64,000 bases of DNA from an uncultured Gammaproteobacteria bacterium (GCA_964620905.1 CAZUKA010000001.1:455646-519645); one strand, 5' to 3'. Positions 19,719 through 29,402 are shown, counted from the stretch's first letter. The notes: generated by a model not told the origin, from the sequence alone. A program made the numbers and translations.

Positions 19719-21980
19719 ATGTCCAAAAAAGTCATTATAGTCGAATCCCCGACCAAAGCCAAAACCATCAATAAATTTCTAGGTAAAAACTATTTGGTTT
19801 TGTCTTCTTATGGTCATATTAGGGATTTGCCCAAAGGCAAGTTGGGTATTGATATTGAACATAATTTCACTCCAACTTATGTAATCCCTCGGGACAAACA
19901 AAAAAATGTCACAGCTTTAAAAAAACAAACCCAATCGGCAGAAGAAATATATTTTGCTACTGACGAAGATCGCGAAGGCGAAGCTATTGCTTGGCATTTG
20001 ACCAATATAATTGATATTGATGCCAATCAAGCTAAAAGAATTGTTTTTCATGAAATAACTGAAGAAGCCATTAAAACCGCTCTACAAAATCCTCGCTCCA
20101 TTGATTTGCATCTAGTCAATGCCCAACAAGCTAGAAGGATTCTCGACCGCTTAGTTGGCTATAAACTTTCACCTTTTTTATGGAAAAAAGTAGCCCGGGG
20201 TCTTTCCGCCGGCCGAGTACAATCGGTAGCTGTTCGACTGGTAGTTGAACGGGAAAGAGAAATAAATAGTTTTATCCCCCAAGAATACTGGACAATCAAC
20301 GCCGAACTTCTACGACAAAACGAATTACTAACTGCTCGCTTGATAAAAAAGAATGATGTTACTTTGGATAAATTTGCCATTTCTTCCCAAACTGAAGCTG
20401 ATAAAATTATCTCCGACATCAATAGCCATGATTTTATTGTTATCAATATTGATAGTCGTGATATAAATAAAAACCCTTATCCTCCTTTTACCACTTCTAC
20501 TCTTCAACAGACAGCCAATAACCGACTGGGTTTTTCAGCTAAACAAACCATGGTTATTGCCCAACAATTATACGAAGGGGTGAAATTGGGCAATCTGGGA
20601 ACAACCGGTCTAATCACCTATATGCGTACTGATTCCTTGAACCTAGCAGAAAAATTTATTGCTGAAACTGCTGATTATCTGAAAAAAAATTTTGGTGACG
20701 ATCATAGTCAACCAACTCACTTCAAAACCAAAAATAAATCCGCCCAAGAAGCTCACGAAGCTATACGTCCAACCAATGTAAATTATACCCCGGCAAGTAT
20801 TAAAAATTATCTTCAACCCAATCAATATAAACTCTACGAATTAATCTGGGATCGAGCGGTTGCCAGTCAGATGCCACCGGCTAAAATAAAACAAAATAAT
20901 ATTGATATCAAAGCTGGGGAATATGTTTTTCGCGCCAACGGTGCCGTTATTACTTTTGCCGGTTGGCTAAAAATTTATCCTGACAAAATGCAAGAGAATA
21001 TTTTACCAGTTGTCCACGAGGGTGAAAAATTAAATCTAAAAAATCTACTTCCCGAACAACACTTTACCCAACCGCCCGGTCGTTATAGTGAGGCCTCATT
21101 GATTAAAGCTCTGGAAGAAAAAGGTATTGGTCGTCCTTCAACTTATGCCCCAACCATTTCCACTATTATTGACAGAAATTATGTTACTCTCACTGACAAA
21201 AGACTAAGACCAACCGATATTGGTATGGTGGTCAATGATCTATTAACAGAACATTTTACCCAAATTATTGATTATAATTTTACAGCACAAATGGAAAATG
21301 AGCTTGATGAAATCGCGGAAGGCAAACGAGAATGGCCACCGGTGATTATGGACTTTTATGAACCATTTGCCAAAATTCTAGCGGAAAAAGAAGATACTAT
21401 TTCAAAAACAGATATTATGCCCACTAGAGAGCTGGGTATTGACCCTCAAACTAAAAAGCCAGTGAGTGTCAGAGTGGGCAGATTTGGCCCTTATATACAA
21501 CTAGGCACAAAAGATGATGATGAAAAACCAAAATTTGCATCACTGCTTCCGGGACAACTAATGGAAAATATTACCTTAGACGATGCCTTGTCATTACTTT
21601 CCCTACCTCGACTAATTGGTACTGATAAAAACGGACAAGAAATTTTGGCAGGTTTTGGCCGGTTTGGACCTTACTTAAAAGTTGGCAATAGTTTTGTTTC
21701 CATCAAAAACGAAAATCCTTTGACTATTGATCAAGCAACGGCCGAAAATTATTTAGCAATCGCCGCTGAAAAAAAACAAAATAAAACCGTCAAAGAATTT
21801 CCCCATACAGAATTGAAGATACTACGTGGTCGATTTGGCGTTTATCTAACTGATGGTAAAATTAATGCTCGTTTACCAAAAGAAAAAGATCCCCAAAAAC
21901 TCACCTTGGCCGAATGTCAGGAATTGATTGAAACTGCGGCCACTAAACCCAAAATCAAAAAACGACGGAAAAAATCTTGA
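19719..21980 (+). CDS. topA: DNA topoisomerase I
   Basis: Toprim N-terminus MSKKVIIVESPTKAKTINKFLG…SYGHIRDL, an active-site region and a Lys-rich C-terminal tail. Confidence 0.9.
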   Translation: MSKKVIIVESPTKAKTINKFLGKNYLVLSSYGHIRDLPKGKLGIDIEHNFTPTYVIPRDKQKNVTALKKQTQSAEEIYFATDEDREGEAIAWHLTNIIDIDANQAKRIVFHEITEEAIKTALQNPRSIDLHLVNAQQARRILDRLVGYKLSPFLWKKVARGLSAGRVQSVAVRLVVEREREINSFIPQEYWTINAELLRQNELLTARLIKKNDVTLDKFAISSQTEADKIISDINSHDFIVINIDSRDINKNPYPPFTTSTLQQTANNRLGFSAKQTMVIAQQLYEGVKLGNLGTTGLITYMRTDSLNLAEKFIAETADYLKKNFGDDHSQPTHFKTKNKSAQEAHEAIRPTNVNYTPASIKNYLQPNQYKLYELIWDRAVASQMPPAKIKQNNIDIKAGEYVFRANGAVITFAGWLKIYPDKMQENILPVVHEGEKLNLKNLLPEQHFTQPPGRYSEASLIKALEEKGIGRPSTYAPTISTIIDRNYVTLTDKRLRPTDIGMVVNDLLTEHFTQIIDYNFTAQMENELDEIAEGKREWPPVIMDFYEPFAKILAEKEDTISKTDIMPTRELGIDPQTKKPVSVRVGRFGPYIQLGTKDDDEKPKFASLLPGQLMENITLDDALSLLSLPRLIGTDKNGQEILAGFGRFGPYLKVGNSFVSIKNENPLTIDQATAENYLAIAAEKKQNKTVKEFPHTELKILRGRFGVYLTDGKINARLPKEKDPQKLTLAECQELIETAATKPKIKKRRKKS

Positions 21981-22040
21981 CGAACAAACATTTTTAATCT
22001 ACAATAAAGCAACTGTATTATTATTAGTCCAAGTTAATTT

Positions 22041-22274
22041 ATGTCCAAAAAATGTTCCCTCACTGGAAAAAAAGCTCTAAGCGGACACAATGTTTCCCAT
22101 AGCAACCGCAAAACCAAACGCAAATTCAATGTCAATTTGCAAACCCGCCGACTACTAAACCCAGCAACCGGTACTTACATACGAGTTAAGCTTTCCAACC
22201 ACGCTTTGAAGACCTTAGCTAAATGGCGACAACAAGGGAAAGTTTATGATTTGCGCAAGTTGGTAGCTAAATAG
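22041..22274 (+). CDS. rpmB: 50S ribosomal protein L28
   Basis: MSKKCSLTGKKALSGHNVSHSNRKTKRKFNVNLQ…. Confidence 0.9.
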   Translation: MSKKCSLTGKKALSGHNVSHSNRKTKRKFNVNLQTRRLLNPATGTYIRVKLSNHALKTLAKWRQQGKVYDLRKLVAK

Positions 22275-22298
22275 AGTATCTCAAAAAACCATTCCACT

Positions 22299-22331
22299 AA
22301 CCCCCCAATCCATTTGGGGGTTAGTTTTTTT
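22299..22331 (+). terminator. Rho-independent terminator after rpmB (aaccccc-aatccatt-tgggggtt + T7)
   Basis: GC-rich hairpin followed by TTTTTTT. Confidence 0.75.
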
Positions 22332-22425
22332 GTATTTATTTTTAAAATTAATTAATTATAATACTTTTATTTTTTGGTTAAATTAGACTAGATTTTCTTA
22401 AAATAATTGCTTTTTCTCAAAATTA

Positions 22426-23964
22426 TTGTATGATGAAACCACTAAACTTACTCTTATGAATTTCTTTGGCTTAACTGAAAAAAATCAAGAGGTAGCAAAA
22501 CTAGATATAGAAAAATTGATTGAACAAGTAAAAAGTTATTTACCGCCAGATGAAGATTTTACTATGTTACGTTTGGCTTATGATTTTGCTGCCGATGCTC
22601 ATGCCAAACAAACCCGCGCATCAGGTGATGCTTATATCACTCACCCCTTGGCCACGGCCTATAATTTAGTAGAAATGAAAGCTGATCTACCCACCTTGCT
22701 GGCTGGTTTACTTCACGATGTACCGGAAGACACGGCAGTAAATTTAGCTGAAGTAGAAAAAAATTTTGGTAAAGAAGTGGCCAAACTGGTCAGTGGAATT
22801 ACCAAGTTGGGACGTTTAAAATATCGAGGTATTGAGAGATACGCTGAAAACTTGCGAAAAATGTTCATCGCCATGGCCAAAGATATTCGCGTAATATTTA
22901 TAAAATTTGCCGATCGCTTACATAATTTGGCTACTATCAACTACCTACCTACTGAAAAACAAAAAAGAATTGCCTTAGAAACATTGGAAATTTACGCGCC
23001 CATTGCTGATCGACTAGGTATGGGTGAAATAAAACACAAATTGGAAGATTTTTCTTTTGCCATTTTACAGCCAGCCGAATATGACTGGGTAATGTCCTTA
23101 CGCCAAGAGCCGTTGTCCAGACAAATGAAAAACTTGGAAAAAATTAAAAAAATTTTAGAAGAACATCTGCACCAAGAAAATATCAGCTATATTTCAATCC
23201 ACGGTCGGACCAAAAGAATATATAGCTTGTATCGAAAATTATTACAAAAAGATCGAGACATCAATCGCATTTATGACTTGATTGCCTTGCGTGTTATTGT
23301 TCCCAATATCCAAAGTTGTTATACCACCATTGGTATTATTCATAGCATTTGGCCACCACTCAAGGGTCGTATTAAAGATTATATTGCCACCCCCAAACCA
23401 AACGGTTACCAATCAATCCACACTACTGTCTTTGCCACTGAAGGACAAATTGTTGAATTTCAAATTCGTACCCAAGAAATGCACGAACAAGCTGAATTCG
23501 GTATTGCTGCTCACTGGCACTACAAGCAAAAGGGTTCGTTGCAACTACCAGCAAAACAGCAACACTGGATTAAAGAATTGGTCAATATACAAAAAAAAGT
23601 CAAAGACAATGATCAATATTTACAACAAATAAAACTAGACATATTTAGAGATCTAATTTTTATCTTTACCCCCAAAGGCGATGTCATAGAATTGCCAGAA
23701 GGAGCTACACCTATTGATTTTGCATATCACATTCATTCTGATTTAGGCAACAAATGTATCGGAGCTAAAATCAATGAACAAATTGCCCCCCTGGATACTA
23801 AATTATTGTCCGGTGATATGGTAGAAATTATGATTGATAAAAATCGAAAAAAACCAAATGAAGACTGGTTGAAAATCGTTAAAACCAAAAGTGCCAGAGA
23901 ACATATTCGTCAAGCTCTAAACAAAGACAATATTTCCCGCTGGCACTTAAAATCACCATTTTAG
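22426..23964 (+). CDS. relA: Bifunctional (p)ppGpp synthetase/hydrolase of the RelA/SpoT family, short form (HD + synthetase + TGS, no ACT domain)
   Basis: HD motif YITHPLATAYNL…HDVPED; synthetase RTKRIYSLYRKL…DLIALRVIV; TGS IFIFTPKGDVIELPEGATPIDFAYHIHSDLG. Confidence 0.85.
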   Translation: MYDETTKLTLMNFFGLTEKNQEVAKLDIEKLIEQVKSYLPPDEDFTMLRLAYDFAADAHAKQTRASGDAYITHPLATAYNLVEMKADLPTLLAGLLHDVPEDTAVNLAEVEKNFGKEVAKLVSGITKLGRLKYRGIERYAENLRKMFIAMAKDIRVIFIKFADRLHNLATINYLPTEKQKRIALETLEIYAPIADRLGMGEIKHKLEDFSFAILQPAEYDWVMSLRQEPLSRQMKNLEKIKKILEEHLHQENISYISIHGRTKRIYSLYRKLLQKDRDINRIYDLIALRVIVPNIQSCYTTIGIIHSIWPPLKGRIKDYIATPKPNGYQSIHTTVFATEGQIVEFQIRTQEMHEQAEFGIAAHWHYKQKGSLQLPAKQQHWIKELVNIQKKVKDNDQYLQQIKLDIFRDLIFIFTPKGDVIELPEGATPIDFAYHIHSDLGNKCIGAKINEQIAPLDTKLLSGDMVEIMIDKNRKKPNEDWLKIVKTKSAREHIRQALNKDNISRWHLKSPF

Positions 23965-24030
23965 AATATAGAATATGGTATATAGATTTTAGAATTTTAT
24001 TCTAAATTCAAGACTCAATATTCAAGATTC
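23963..24030. repeat. Heptamer-periodic tandem array (tagaata tagaata tggtata tagattt tagaatt … attcaag actcaat attcaag attctag) between the convergent genes relA and parB
   Basis: 7-bp periodicity read directly. Same family as 12941, 26292 and 26994. Confidence 0.65.
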
Positions 24031-24038
24031 TAGAACAA

Positions 24039-24947
24039 TCACATCCCTAACCTGTCAATCAGATTATTTAACTCCTCATCGGAATAATACTCAATCTCAA
24101 CTACTCCACCCTGTTTTTTGGGTTTGATATAAACCTTAGTTTTGAATACCTGTCTTAACTCATCCTGTAAAGACTGCAACCGCTCATCTAAAACTTTTGG
24201 TGGTTTATTTTTACCTTTGCGGACGGCAATATTTTTTTCTACTTCTCTAACTGATATATTACTTTCCGCTACGCGTCGTGCCATCAATATCTGTTCTTGA
24301 GGAGTAGATAATTCCAAAATTACTTTGGCATGTCCTTCGGATAAACGACCATTGCCCAAAAGCGCTTGCACTTCTGCTGGTAAATTCAAAAGTCGTAAAG
24401 AGTTGGCAATCTTGGAACGAGATTTACCAACTTTCTTGGCTAGACTTTCTTGAGTCAAACCAAACTCGTCAATCAATTTTTTGTAGGCATTAGCCTCTTC
24501 CAATGGTGTTAGATCGCGACGTTGTACGTTTTCAATCAAAGATATTTCCAAACGTTGCTGCTCTGATACTGACCGGATCATCACCGGGACTGATTTTAAA
24601 TTCAATATTTTTGCCGCTCGCAAACGTCGTTCACCCGCCACCAATTTAAAATTTCCCCCAGATAAAGGTGAAACAATCAACGGTTCTATAATACCAAACT
24701 CTTTAATGGAATTTATCAACTCTTCTAATGCTGTATGCTCAAACAATTGGCGGGGTTGAAAATGAGAAGTTACTATTTTACCCGGATCGATATATTCTAT
24801 TTTTTGCCGAATGGTGATTTGATCAGAACTGATATCAGCTAAATTATCAATTTGATCATCACTTACAAAATCGGTTGTCTGCTCAGAATTATTACTCACT
24901 GGAATCAGAGAACCAAGTCCTCGGCCTAAACCAAATTTATTTGCCAT
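24039..24947 (-). CDS. parB: Chromosome partitioning protein ParB
   Basis: ParB box …LVAGERRLRAAKILNL… plus HTH and C-terminal domains. Confidence 0.9.
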   Translation of the reverse strand: MANKFGLGRGLGSLIPVSNNSEQTTDFVSDDQIDNLADISSDQITIRQKIEYIDPGKIVTSHFQPRQLFEHTALEELINSIKEFGIIEPLIVSPLSGGNFKLVAGERRLRAAKILNLKSVPVMIRSVSEQQRLEISLIENVQRRDLTPLEEANAYKKLIDEFGLTQESLAKKVGKSRSKIANSLRLLNLPAEVQALLGNGRLSEGHAKVILELSTPQEQILMARRVAESNISVREVEKNIAVRKGKNKPPKVLDERLQSLQDELRQVFKTKVYIKPKKQGGVVEIEYYSDEELNNLIDRLGM

Positions 24948-24950
24948 ATA

Positions 24951-25712
24951 TTAGTTGGAATTTAATATTTCTTGAGCCAAATTTTCATAAGCGCGACTAC
25001 CGCTGGAACTTTTATCATAGAAAGCGATCGGCAAGCCGTGCGAAGGCGCTTCCGCTAGCCTGACACTACGCGGGATCACGGATTTGAAAATTCGATTGGG
25101 GAAATACTGGTACAATTCGTTCAATACCGACTGCGATAAACGGTTACGTCTATCATACATAGTAACCACTGCACCTAAAATCTGCAACTCTGGATGTAAG
25201 TGTGCCTGTACCAGACTAATAGTCTTTAAAAGCTGCCCTAAGCCCTCCAAAGCATAATACTCTGCTTGTACTGGAATCAACACTTGATCAGCCGCTACCA
25301 ACCCATTGATAGTCAACAGTCCCAAAGATGGTGGGCTATCAATAATTACATAATCATATTTTTGTTTAGCTTCCAACAACAATTGGCGTAAACGATACTC
25401 ACGTTGCGATACTCCCACCAACTCAATAGCCGCGCCAGCTAAACTACTGTTGGCAGGCGCTACGTGTAAACCGTCAACATTGGAATTACGAATTATTTTT
25501 GGAAATTTTTCCGGTGCCACTAAAGCATGGTAAATATGTTCATCAAATTCGCGCAAAACTATTCCTAAACCAGATGAAGCGTTACCTTGTGGGTCAATAT
25601 CAACCAGTAACACTCGTTTACCAAGTAAAGTCAGAAAGGCAGCTAAATTAACGGAAGTTGTGGTTTTTCCCACTCCGCCTTTTTGATTGACTAATGCAAT
25701 TATTTTTCCCAT
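24951..25712 (-). CDS. parA: Chromosome partitioning ATPase ParA/Soj
   Basis: Deviant Walker A: IIALVNQKGGVGKTTTSVNLAAFL. Confidence 0.9.
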   Translation of the reverse strand: MGKIIALVNQKGGVGKTTTSVNLAAFLTLLGKRVLLVDIDPQGNASSGLGIVLREFDEHIYHALVAPEKFPKIIRNSNVDGLHVAPANSSLAGAAIELVGVSQREYRLRQLLLEAKQKYDYVIIDSPPSLGLLTINGLVAADQVLIPVQAEYYALEGLGQLLKTISLVQAHLHPELQILGAVVTMYDRRNRLSQSVLNELYQYFPNRIFKSVIPRSVRLAEAPSHGLPIAFYDKSSSGSRAYENLAQEILNSN

Positions 25713-25841
25713 AACATTTTTTATCAGATAATATTATTATACAATTTTTATAAGATTTCACCAAGAAATAAATTGACAAAAATACTAATTTCCGTTATTT
25801 TAATAAATACGCAAACAACTTTCTTTAATAAATAATAACTA

Positions 25842-25928
25842 GCCGCGGTGGTGGAATTGGTAGACACGCAGGTCTCAAAAACCTGTGGGCGCAAGCTCAT
25901 GAGAGTTCGATTCTCTCCCGCGGCACCA
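25842..25928 (+). tRNA. tRNA-Leu (anticodon CAA), type II with a long variable arm
   Basis: GCCGCGGTGGTGGAATTGGTAGACACGCAGGTCTCAAAAACCTGT-GGGCGCAAGCTCAT-GAGAGTTCGATTCTCTCCCGCGGCACCA. Anticodon loop CTCAAAA. A TTGACA-17-TATTTTAAT promoter-like sequence lies at 25772-25803. Confidence 0.85.
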
Positions 25929-26045
25929 TTAATTAATATTAAGTATTTAATACTGGTATAAAGGTATATTAAAACTATCTTGAATAATTAATATAAATAA
26001 GATATAATCTGTAAGCGTATCTTGAAATTATTTATTAATAATCGA

Positions 26046-26121
26046 CGCGGGGTAGAGCAGTTGGCAGCTCGCCAGGCCCATAACCTGGAGGTCGCTGGTT
26101 CGAGTCCAGCCCCCGCTACCA
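26046..26121 (+). tRNA. tRNA-Met (anticodon CAU), initiator-like with a C1:U72 mismatch, resembling E. coli tRNA-fMet (CGCGGGG…CCCCCGC)
   Basis: CGCGGGGTAGAGCAGTTGGCAGCTCGCCAGGCCCATAACCTGGAGGTCGCTGGTTCGAGTCCAGCCCCCGCTACCA. Confidence 0.8.
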
Positions 26122-26212
26122 AATTAGAATTAAGTATTAAGCTTTAATAAAAAATACTTTTATTTAATTTTGATACTTTATACTTAATACCATATACTTA
26201 ATATTACTTTGG

Positions 26213-26289
26213 GGCAGGGTAGCTCAGTTGGTTAGAGCGAGGGAATCATAACCCCTAGGTCGGCGGTTCAACTCCGCCCCCTGTCACCA
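26213..26289 (+). tRNA. Second CAU-anticodon tRNA: elongator Met, or Ile2 if C34 is lysidinylated
   Basis: GGCAGGGTAGCTCAGTTGGTTAGAGCGAGGGAATCATAACCCCTAGGTCGGCGGTTCAACTCCGCCCCCTGTCACCA. The acceptor stem is fully paired with one G·U. Confidence 0.75.
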
Positions 26290-26291
26290 TT

Positions 26292-26354
26292 TTAGAATCT
26301 TGAATCTTGAATTTAGAATATAGAATTAAATTTTGAATTTTGAATTTTAAATTA
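26292..26354. repeat. Heptamer-periodic tandem array (tagaatc ttgaatc ttgaatt tagaata tagaatt aaatttt gaatttt gaatttt), between the tRNA cluster and the next gene
   Basis: Read directly from the sequence. Confidence 0.65.
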
Positions 26355-26362
26355 ATTTTCCC

Positions 26363-26851
26363 ATGTTCCTAATCGTGCATACTGCTGCTGCCACAGTAAT
26401 ATCACAGCAAACAGCAAACCCAATGCTGATTTTTTTATTGTCTTTTTTTTCCCACTTTGTACTTGATTTTATCCCCCATGGTGATGAAAAATTGACTGAC
26501 AAAACTAAACCAAAAAATGTCCAATTTCGTAAACTTTTTTGGGCTGCCACAGCAGATAGTTTTTTGATCTTTTTATTTTCCATTTATTATTTACTTACTT
26601 TTGCTCCAGCTAATTTTGGCCTATTTTTTGTCGCTTTAGGAGGAGGAATACTACCTGATTTAATTTCTGGATTAAGTTTTGTGCTTAACGGCCGATTCAA
26701 TAAAAACTATCCTTACTTAGCTAAATTTCAAAATATTCACAAAACTGTCCATACTTTCTTTGAAAGAAAACTAAACTTTCTTATCCCCCTCAAATACGGT
26801 CTTATCTGGCAGGGCTTTTTCTTTTTGCTGTTTGTCAGCTTATTGAAATAA
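26363..26851 (+). CDS. Membrane protein, possibly a DUF457/YdjM-like membrane-bound metal-dependent hydrolase
   Basis: Multiple TM segments and conserved His residues (FLIVHTAAA…HFVLDFIPHGDE…). Weak family resemblance only. Confidence 0.45.
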   Translation: MFLIVHTAAATVISQQTANPMLIFLLSFFSHFVLDFIPHGDEKLTDKTKPKNVQFRKLFWAATADSFLIFLFSIYYLLTFAPANFGLFFVALGGGILPDLISGLSFVLNGRFNKNYPYLAKFQNIHKTVHTFFERKLNFLIPLKYGLIWQGFFFLLFVSLLK

Positions 26852-26948
26852 TAGGAATTATTATTTAATTACTAACGATTAATAACTAATGAATTATTAA
26901 TTAATTAATTTTCAAATTAACTCATTGATTAGTAATTAGTTTTTAAAA

Positions 26949-26976
26949 ACTCCCGCCATATTGGCGGAAGTTTTTA
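26949..26976 (+). terminator. Terminator hairpin (ctcccgcca-tat-tggcggaag + TTTTT)
   Basis: Stem-loop followed by a U-tract, downstream of the 26363..26851 gene. Confidence 0.65.
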
Positions 26977-26993
26977 TTTAAAATAACTCCAGC

Positions 26994-27021
26994 TTCTAAA
27001 TTCTAGATTCTAGATTCTAAT
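26994..27021 (+). repeat. Heptamer tandem array TTCTARA x4 (ttctaaa ttctaga ttctaga ttctaat). It overlaps the stop codon of the LTD-protein gene.
   Basis: Read directly from the sequence. Confidence 0.7.
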
Positions 27022-28135
27022 CCACTTTTCCCTGAAACCATACTCCCCAACCAACTACCAAAACTGTCTGCTTAATTTTATGCCAAACAACCTGCAAATG
27101 ACGTGGGTTATTTTTTTTGGTATAAACAGCTATTTTTGGCTTAACTATTTTATTTTGTAAATTGATTGTTTTGCTAACTGAATCATTATTACCAACCACA
27201 GTTAAATTCATTTCCCCATTACTCAATAAAAAGGCCTGCGTCTGTCCACAAATCCAGCGATTGTTTTGCCAAATACACCCCTTGCCCTTAGCTCGCCAAA
27301 TATATTCAGCCTCAGCTGAACATGTTTCATCGTCAACTGTTCTGACCAAATCTTCTGTACAGTACAAAAAGCCAGAGCTTTCTGTGCGAGTTTGCTCTCG
27401 CTGCACACTATTTATACAAGCACTATCTTGCCAAGCCGAGTACACACAAGCACAACTATTATCTACTTCTATTTGGGTAAAATTTTCCCCACAAGCTAGG
27501 TTGGTATAATAATACTCTACCATTGCCTGTCCATCACTCTGACAAACTCTATTTAATTCTATTGGTTCACATACTAAAACTTCACAACCAAAATTTATTG
27601 CCCGAGGCGTGCCCTGGGCTAACTCACTATTTTGCCAAGCGCTAGTAAGATTACCATCAACCACTGGACACACTCTTTCCATTGTCTGCTTAGTGGTATT
27701 GTCCCCCGCTGGCCACAGGTCAAACACCGCGCTATCAACACTCTGGGCTAAATCATTTTTCAATACTAAATCACTTCCGGTATTACTCAAAGACCCGGTA
27801 TAAATCTGATCCGCTACTACCCCTGGCACGGTGTCATCATCAGTTCGTTCTAATAAAAAATATCCACTAGCCGAAATACTACCAGTCAGATTGATAACAG
27901 TACTTCCCCAGCTCAAACTCCAACCAGTTAAAGCAATTTCCTCACTGGTGGTATTTTTTAGCTCAATCCACTCATCATTGGCGCTGACAGAAGTGCCCAT
28001 CCAAGCAATTTCATTGATCACCACTGGGGGCGCCTCATAAGCCTTGACTGGTGAGGACTTCACCACTCCAAAAAAGAACAAAAAAACCAGCACGGTCAAA
28101 ATAAAACCAGGCTCAAAAATTACTCTCTCCCTCAT
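27017..28135 (-). CDS. Secreted lamin-tail-domain (LTD) protein with a Cys-rich C-terminal region
   Basis: Signal/TM N-terminus, then the LTD signature …VVINEIAWMGT…DEWIELKNTTSEEIALTGWSL… A C-terminal half with about 14 Cys residues. Confidence 0.7.
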   Translation of the reverse strand: MRERVIFEPGFILTVLVFLFFFGVVKSSPVKAYEAPPVVINEIAWMGTSVSANDEWIELKNTTSEEIALTGWSLSWGSTVINLTGSISASGYFLLERTDDDTVPGVVADQIYTGSLSNTGSDLVLKNDLAQSVDSAVFDLWPAGDNTTKQTMERVCPVVDGNLTSAWQNSELAQGTPRAINFGCEVLVCEPIELNRVCQSDGQAMVEYYYTNLACGENFTQIEVDNSCACVYSAWQDSACINSVQREQTRTESSGFLYCTEDLVRTVDDETCSAEAEYIWRAKGKGCIWQNNRWICGQTQAFLLSNGEMNLTVVGNNDSVSKTINLQNKIVKPKIAVYTKKNNPRHLQVVWHKIKQTVLVVGWGVWFQGKVD

Positions 28136-28395
28136 AAATTTTTTTTAATAATTAGCTAATTGCCCTAGGGGCAAATATTTTCCTCGAGTCTAATATAACA
28201 AAAAAAGAAAAATAAGTAAAATTATAAAATTGATCTATAATTTCTACCTACCGGCAGGCAGGGCTTCTTCTGAAATCCTCAATCAAGAGACCCTGAATCA
28301 AGTTCAGGGTGACAAAAGTTTAAAAATTATAAAATTAGAGTTTATTTAAAAATTATAAAATTACAAAATTAAATATTGATTTATTATTTACAATT

Positions 28396-28415
28396 CCTGC
28401 CTGCCGGCAGGCAGG
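28396..28415. repeat. Perfect 20-bp GC-rich palindrome CCTGCCTGCC|GGCAGGCAGG followed by TAAAATTTAcAATT. A second copy lies at 36246-36259 and a partial copy (cctaccggcaggcagg) at 28247-28262.
   Basis: Seen directly. It is unusual GC content within AT-rich intergenic DNA. Confidence 0.7.
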
Positions 28416-28450
28416 CAGGTAAAATTTACAATTATTCTATCTCCTAAATC

Positions 28451-29068
28451 CTACTCCACCAATTCCGCTTTCACCACCAACCGATGGGAAGTTGAATAAA
28501 GTGGAGTACATGAAAAAATAGTCAAAGTTGGTTGTTCAGTCGGTTTCAGTATATCCACGCGATCAGGAGTTATTACTTCAATCTCTATCACTCGATAAGT
28601 ATAGTCCTGATCCAACCAACGAACATATATTTCATCACCCACCTCCATTTTATCTATCTCCCAAAAAGTCCTAGGATCCGGTGGTTCATACAGCCAGCGG
28701 TGCGCTGACAAAACTGTATTTGAACCTTTGTCAGGCGTGGAAGTACGGGGTAGATGCCATACACCACGGTTGAGCATCTCGGCTCCACCTTCATAAATTG
28801 CACTATCAACTCCCATTTTTGGTATTACAATCCAGCTGCCTTCACGACTAGCAGACGAAGAAATATAAGCATCTTGATAATCTTTGACTACTTGTTCTTC
28901 ACCTGATGGCAATACTTCAAACTGACCAAAATTACTTCCCGTTCCCTGCCAAATCTGTCCACGCCAAATAACCACCAATCCGACAAAAATCAAAATTATT
29001 CCTAACCATCGCCACCATATGACGTATTTGCCCATTTGTTGTCTAATTTTTTTTAACCATTTTTTCAT
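28451..29068 (-). CDS. Sortase (transpeptidase)
   Basis: N-terminal TM anchor; conserved His (VLSAHR), a TLxTC-like motif (TLTIFSCTP) and Arg (SHRLVVKA). Confidence 0.8.
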   Translation of the reverse strand: MKKWLKKIRQQMGKYVIWWRWLGIILIFVGLVVIWRGQIWQGTGSNFGQFEVLPSGEEQVVKDYQDAYISSSASREGSWIVIPKMGVDSAIYEGGAEMLNRGVWHLPRTSTPDKGSNTVLSAHRWLYEPPDPRTFWEIDKMEVGDEIYVRWLDQDYTYRVIEIEVITPDRVDILKPTEQPTLTIFSCTPLYSTSHRLVVKAELVE

Positions 29069-29180
29069 AGTATATAAATAGTAAAATAATATAACATTTT
29101 TTACAAATAAATTTTTATTTTATAATTTTATAATTTTTAAATAAATTTTAATTTTTAAATTATTCCGACCTTCCGCTTCC

Positions 29181-29327
29181 TGAAGTGCAAATATTGCCAA
29201 TAAGCGAGTGGGATTTGCCTCTCAACTAGCGAAGCGCTTTTGAGAGGCACACGAGCGTTTGGTAATTTTGCCTGAACGTAAGCGCTGGTCGGCAATTTTT
29301 GCTACTTTTTGTTGTCAAAAAGTAGAA
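29181..29327. repeat. Copy A of a ~148-nt repeated structured element, ~85% identical to copy B at 36036..36184. The shared sequence is tgaagtg…attgccaataagcgagNgg…gcctctcaactagcgaagcg…ttttgagaggcac…cgagcg…ttggYaattttgcctgaac…gctactttttgttgtcaaaaagtagaaa.
   Basis: Nested stems: attgccaa/ttggYaat, gcctctcaa/ttgagaggc, and ctacttttt/aaaaagtag. The last hairpin carries a compensatory t/a insertion in copy B. It sits in the 5' intergenic region of the sortase gene. Confidence 0.65.
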
Positions 29328-29402
29328 ATAAAATTACTTTAAAACAAAAACTCCCAATTTAATTTAGGAATTTTTGGCTAAAACTAAACAAAAAATCTAG
29401 TA

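Noticed and set aside
10182-20446. Minus-strand ORFs inside the LCP gene, der, mfd, dprA and topA (for example 10182..10553, 11913..12173, 16848..17135, 18177..18491, 19076..19342, 20159..20446)
   Set aside because: They are antisense to strongly supported conserved genes and have no motifs. They are spurious.
12928-27021. Heptamer arrays or other short repeats as a CRISPR array
   Set aside because: Units are 7 bp with no spacers of 25-40 bp and no cas genes are nearby. They are not CRISPR.
29186-29340. Hairpin gctactttttgttgtcaaaaagtagaaa within the repeated element as an intrinsic terminator
   Set aside because: It is not followed by a U-tract on either strand. It is kept as part of the structured element instead.
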